From Promethearchaeota archaeon (GTDB lineage Archaea > Asgardarchaeota > Lokiarchaeia > Sigyniarchaeales > SOKP01), in NCBI GenBank assembly GCA_004524535.1, contig SDNY01000068.1:1-19382 (forward strand): a stretch of DNA of 19,382 nt. The letters are read 5' to 3'. The position numbers were made by a program, and so were the translations under genes. The notes beneath the pieces were generated by a model that had not been told where the DNA came from, did not search any database, and saw nothing but the letters and a program-made list of their open reading frames with translations. Below are positions 17,799 through 19,382 of the stretch, in pieces (position 1 is the first letter of the stretch; the number at the start of each line of letters is the position of its first letter).

Positions 17799-18575
17799 AT
17801 GGAAATATTTATTTTAATTTTGATAGTTCTTGCTTTTGCTACAATTGTAGCTGCAACATTAGGATTTGGAGATAGCTTAATCTTTATAGCAATCACGGCT
17901 CTATTTATTAACATACTATTAGCTATAGTTTTAATCTCATTTTGGTCGTTTTGGATATCAGTTTTTAATGCAATAAAATACAGAGAATATATAGACAAGG
18001 TTTTTGTGAAAAAAAATGTTCCACCAGGAATAATTGGTGCCATACTGGGATCTTTGCTAATAACTATAGCCCCTTTAAAGTGGATCGAATTATTTCTGGG
18101 TTGTTTCATATTAATATATACGATATTTAAATCTTTAGAGATAAAAAAAGAAAACAGATTGAAATCTGAAACTAATAGCGAGGTTGAGCGTAATTTTAAA
18201 GATATTTCTGATCCAATTTTTTATCTAGGATCATTTTCTTATGGTTTTTTTGGGGGATTAATTGGAGCATCAGGACCAATTAATGTAATTTTATTGGAAA
18301 GAAAAGGGCATCAGAAAGAAAGTTTTATTGTAAATTTTGCAATATGTAGTGTAATTATTAGCAGCTTTAAACTTGGGATATATTTAGGAAGTGGTTTATT
18401 TCCTGTTGCTTTCCTCGCTGTATATCTCGCTGGATTTGTTGTTATTGTATTATCAATGAAGTTAGGGCATGCAATAACACCAAAAATTTCCAAGGAAAAA
18501 TTTCAATTTTCTATTTTAATGCTATTATTAATTATTGGGATTAGAATGATTGTTAATTCACTCTTTTATTATTAA
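17799..18575 (+). CDS. TauE/SafE (sulfite exporter-like) family membrane protein
   Basis: About 8 hydrophobic segments in two halves, with ATLGFGDSLI and GFFGGLIGASGP motifs. Confidence 0.8.
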   Translation: MEIFILILIVLAFATIVAATLGFGDSLIFIAITALFINILLAIVLISFWSFWISVFNAIKYREYIDKVFVKKNVPPGIIGAILGSLLITIAPLKWIELFLGCFILIYTIFKSLEIKKENRLKSETNSEVERNFKDISDPIFYLGSFSYGFFGGLIGASGPINVILLERKGHQKESFIVNFAICSVIISSFKLGIYLGSGLFPVAFLAVYLAGFVVIVLSMKLGHAITPKISKEKFQFSILMLLLIIGIRMIVNSLFYY

Positions 18576-18589
18576 ATAAGAATCTTTTT

Positions 18590-18622
18590 CTTATCCTGTT
18601 TAGACACTTTTAGATGGATAAG
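18590..18622 (+). terminator. Possible hairpin after the TauE gene
   Basis: CTTATCC (18590-18596) and GGATAAG (18616-18622) form an inverted repeat that extends with G-U pairs. Function not established. Confidence 0.25.
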
Positions 18623-18744
18623 GAGGGTTACCAATATTTATTAAGGAATATTTTAGACCAGTATCAATAGGATAAAAGGGATCCTAATTTTGTTTATTCT
18701 GGGAATAATAAATATGGAAAAAGACCAACACTTCTTAGATAGCT

Positions 18745-19131
18745 AAAGAATTTTACTCTAAAATGCCAATATTAGGAATTTGTCTATGTCATCAAGCAAT
18801 TGTCGAAGCTTTTGGCGAGGATGAAAGTATGGAATATGTGGGCAAAGCTAAAATAGGTCCTATGCATGGAAAGGAATCTAAAGTCTTTCACGACCAAGAA
18901 ACAATTCTAAAGGATATCCCTAATCCACTTCAAGTAATTAGATATCACTCACTTTCCGCAAAATCCGATATTTTACCCCAGGACCTTAAAATCAGTGCGA
19001 CTGCAGATGATGGAACGATCATGGGGGTTAGGCATAAACAATATCCTATAGAAGGGCTCCAATTCCATCCCGAGTCGATAAAAATGAAACCCTATGGGAT
19101 GAAAATATTAAAAAACTTCTTGGAACTATGA
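18745..19131 (+). pseudogene. trpG: trpG 3' duplicate, long copy (codons 70-197); cassette-bounding direct repeat R7
   Basis: Colinear without indels with 578-964 (KEFYSKMPILGICLCHQ...NFLEL*). Lacks the first 69 codons, including the NYDSF and SPGPG motifs; conserved Gly84 is Cys. Confidence 0.92.
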
Positions 19132-19286
19132 ATATCATTTAATAATTTAAAAAGGATAAATGAGATTTACGTTCTCTCACATTAAAAAGGAAAAAAAATT
19201 AGATTTAGAATTTCATTTTACTCAAGATATTAGTTTCTTTTTTATAATAAAAATTTATATAATAGAGTTCGAATTTATATTATAGA

Positions 19287-19382
19287 ATGCAAACTATTAA
19301 AGAAAGATTAAAGAAAATAATTGATGATCAACCTGATGATGCATCTTATGAGGAAATCTTACGAGAAATGCTCTTTGATAAA
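19287..19382 (+). CDS. Putative antitoxin, same family as 7893-8078 (3'-truncated by window edge; not in ORF track)
   Basis: MQTIKERLKKIIDDQPDDASYEEILREMLFDK aligns with MQTIKDRVIESIKKLPDDVNYDDIMESIY. TTTATATA at 19254-19261. Confidence 0.75.
   Translation, partial: MQTIKERLKKIIDDQPDDASYEEILREMLFDK

Larger units (their letters stand above)
965..19382. mobile_element. trpG-anchored accessory cassette array / integration hotspot (open to the right)
   Basis: Seven direct-repeat trpG fragments separate functionally unrelated gene modules of mixed orientation, five of them carrying complete TA pairs. Confidence 0.75.

Noticed and set aside
983-18493. Other small alternate-frame or antisense ORFs in the track (e.g. 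983-1177, 2685-2870, 3250-3462, 10283-10513, 10758-10994, 13338-13610, 15207-15515, 15736-16077, 16473-16793, 17786-18109)
   Set aside because: All lie within or largely overlap well-supported genes on the opposite strand and show no family motifs.
578-19131. trpG copies as template/variable repeats of a diversity-generating retroelement
   Set aside because: Differences are not adenine-specific but mostly synonymous third-position changes, and no reverse transcriptase is present in the window.
18763-19131. 122-aa ORF as a functional second trpG
   Set aside because: It retains Cys/His/Glu but lacks the SPGPG oxyanion region and the NYDSF strand. The ATG comes from an Ile codon position and homology extends upstream of it.

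Overview
AT-rich window, probably archaeal (BRE/TATA-like promoters about 30 bp upstream of apparently leaderless genes; an Asgard/Lokiarchaeia-like host is plausible but only inferred). It starts with the 3' end of trpE and an intact trpG. The main structure is that pieces of trpG recur seven more times as direct repeats. Two are ~387-bp copies (5196-5581, 18745-19131), four are ~65-77-bp copies of the extreme 3' end (6644-6708, 7498-7574, 9083-9153, 9703-9773) and one is a 66-bp internal piece (8177-8242). These repeats divide the window into gene-sized cargo cassettes: (1) CheB/CheR-PAS histidine kinase plus receiver protein; (2) HIT protein plus RelE/ParE toxin-antitoxin (TA) pair; (3) DUF433/DUF5615 TA pair; (4) RelE/ParE TA pair; (5) VapBC-like TA pair; (6) RelE/ParE TA pair; (7) a 9-kb anaerobic metabolic cluster (RHH regulator, glycyl radical enzyme, activase, URO-D/MtaA-like fusion, corrinoid protein, atypical radical SAM protein, TauE); (8) another antitoxin running off the right edge. 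The repeats keep the trpG reading frame without indels, differ mostly at synonymous sites, are mosaic, and share 5' breakpoints. This suggests an integron-like cassette array that uses the trpG 3' end as its recombination site. No integrase or transposase is visible in the window, so the mechanism is inferred, and all family calls rest on motif recognition, not database searches.
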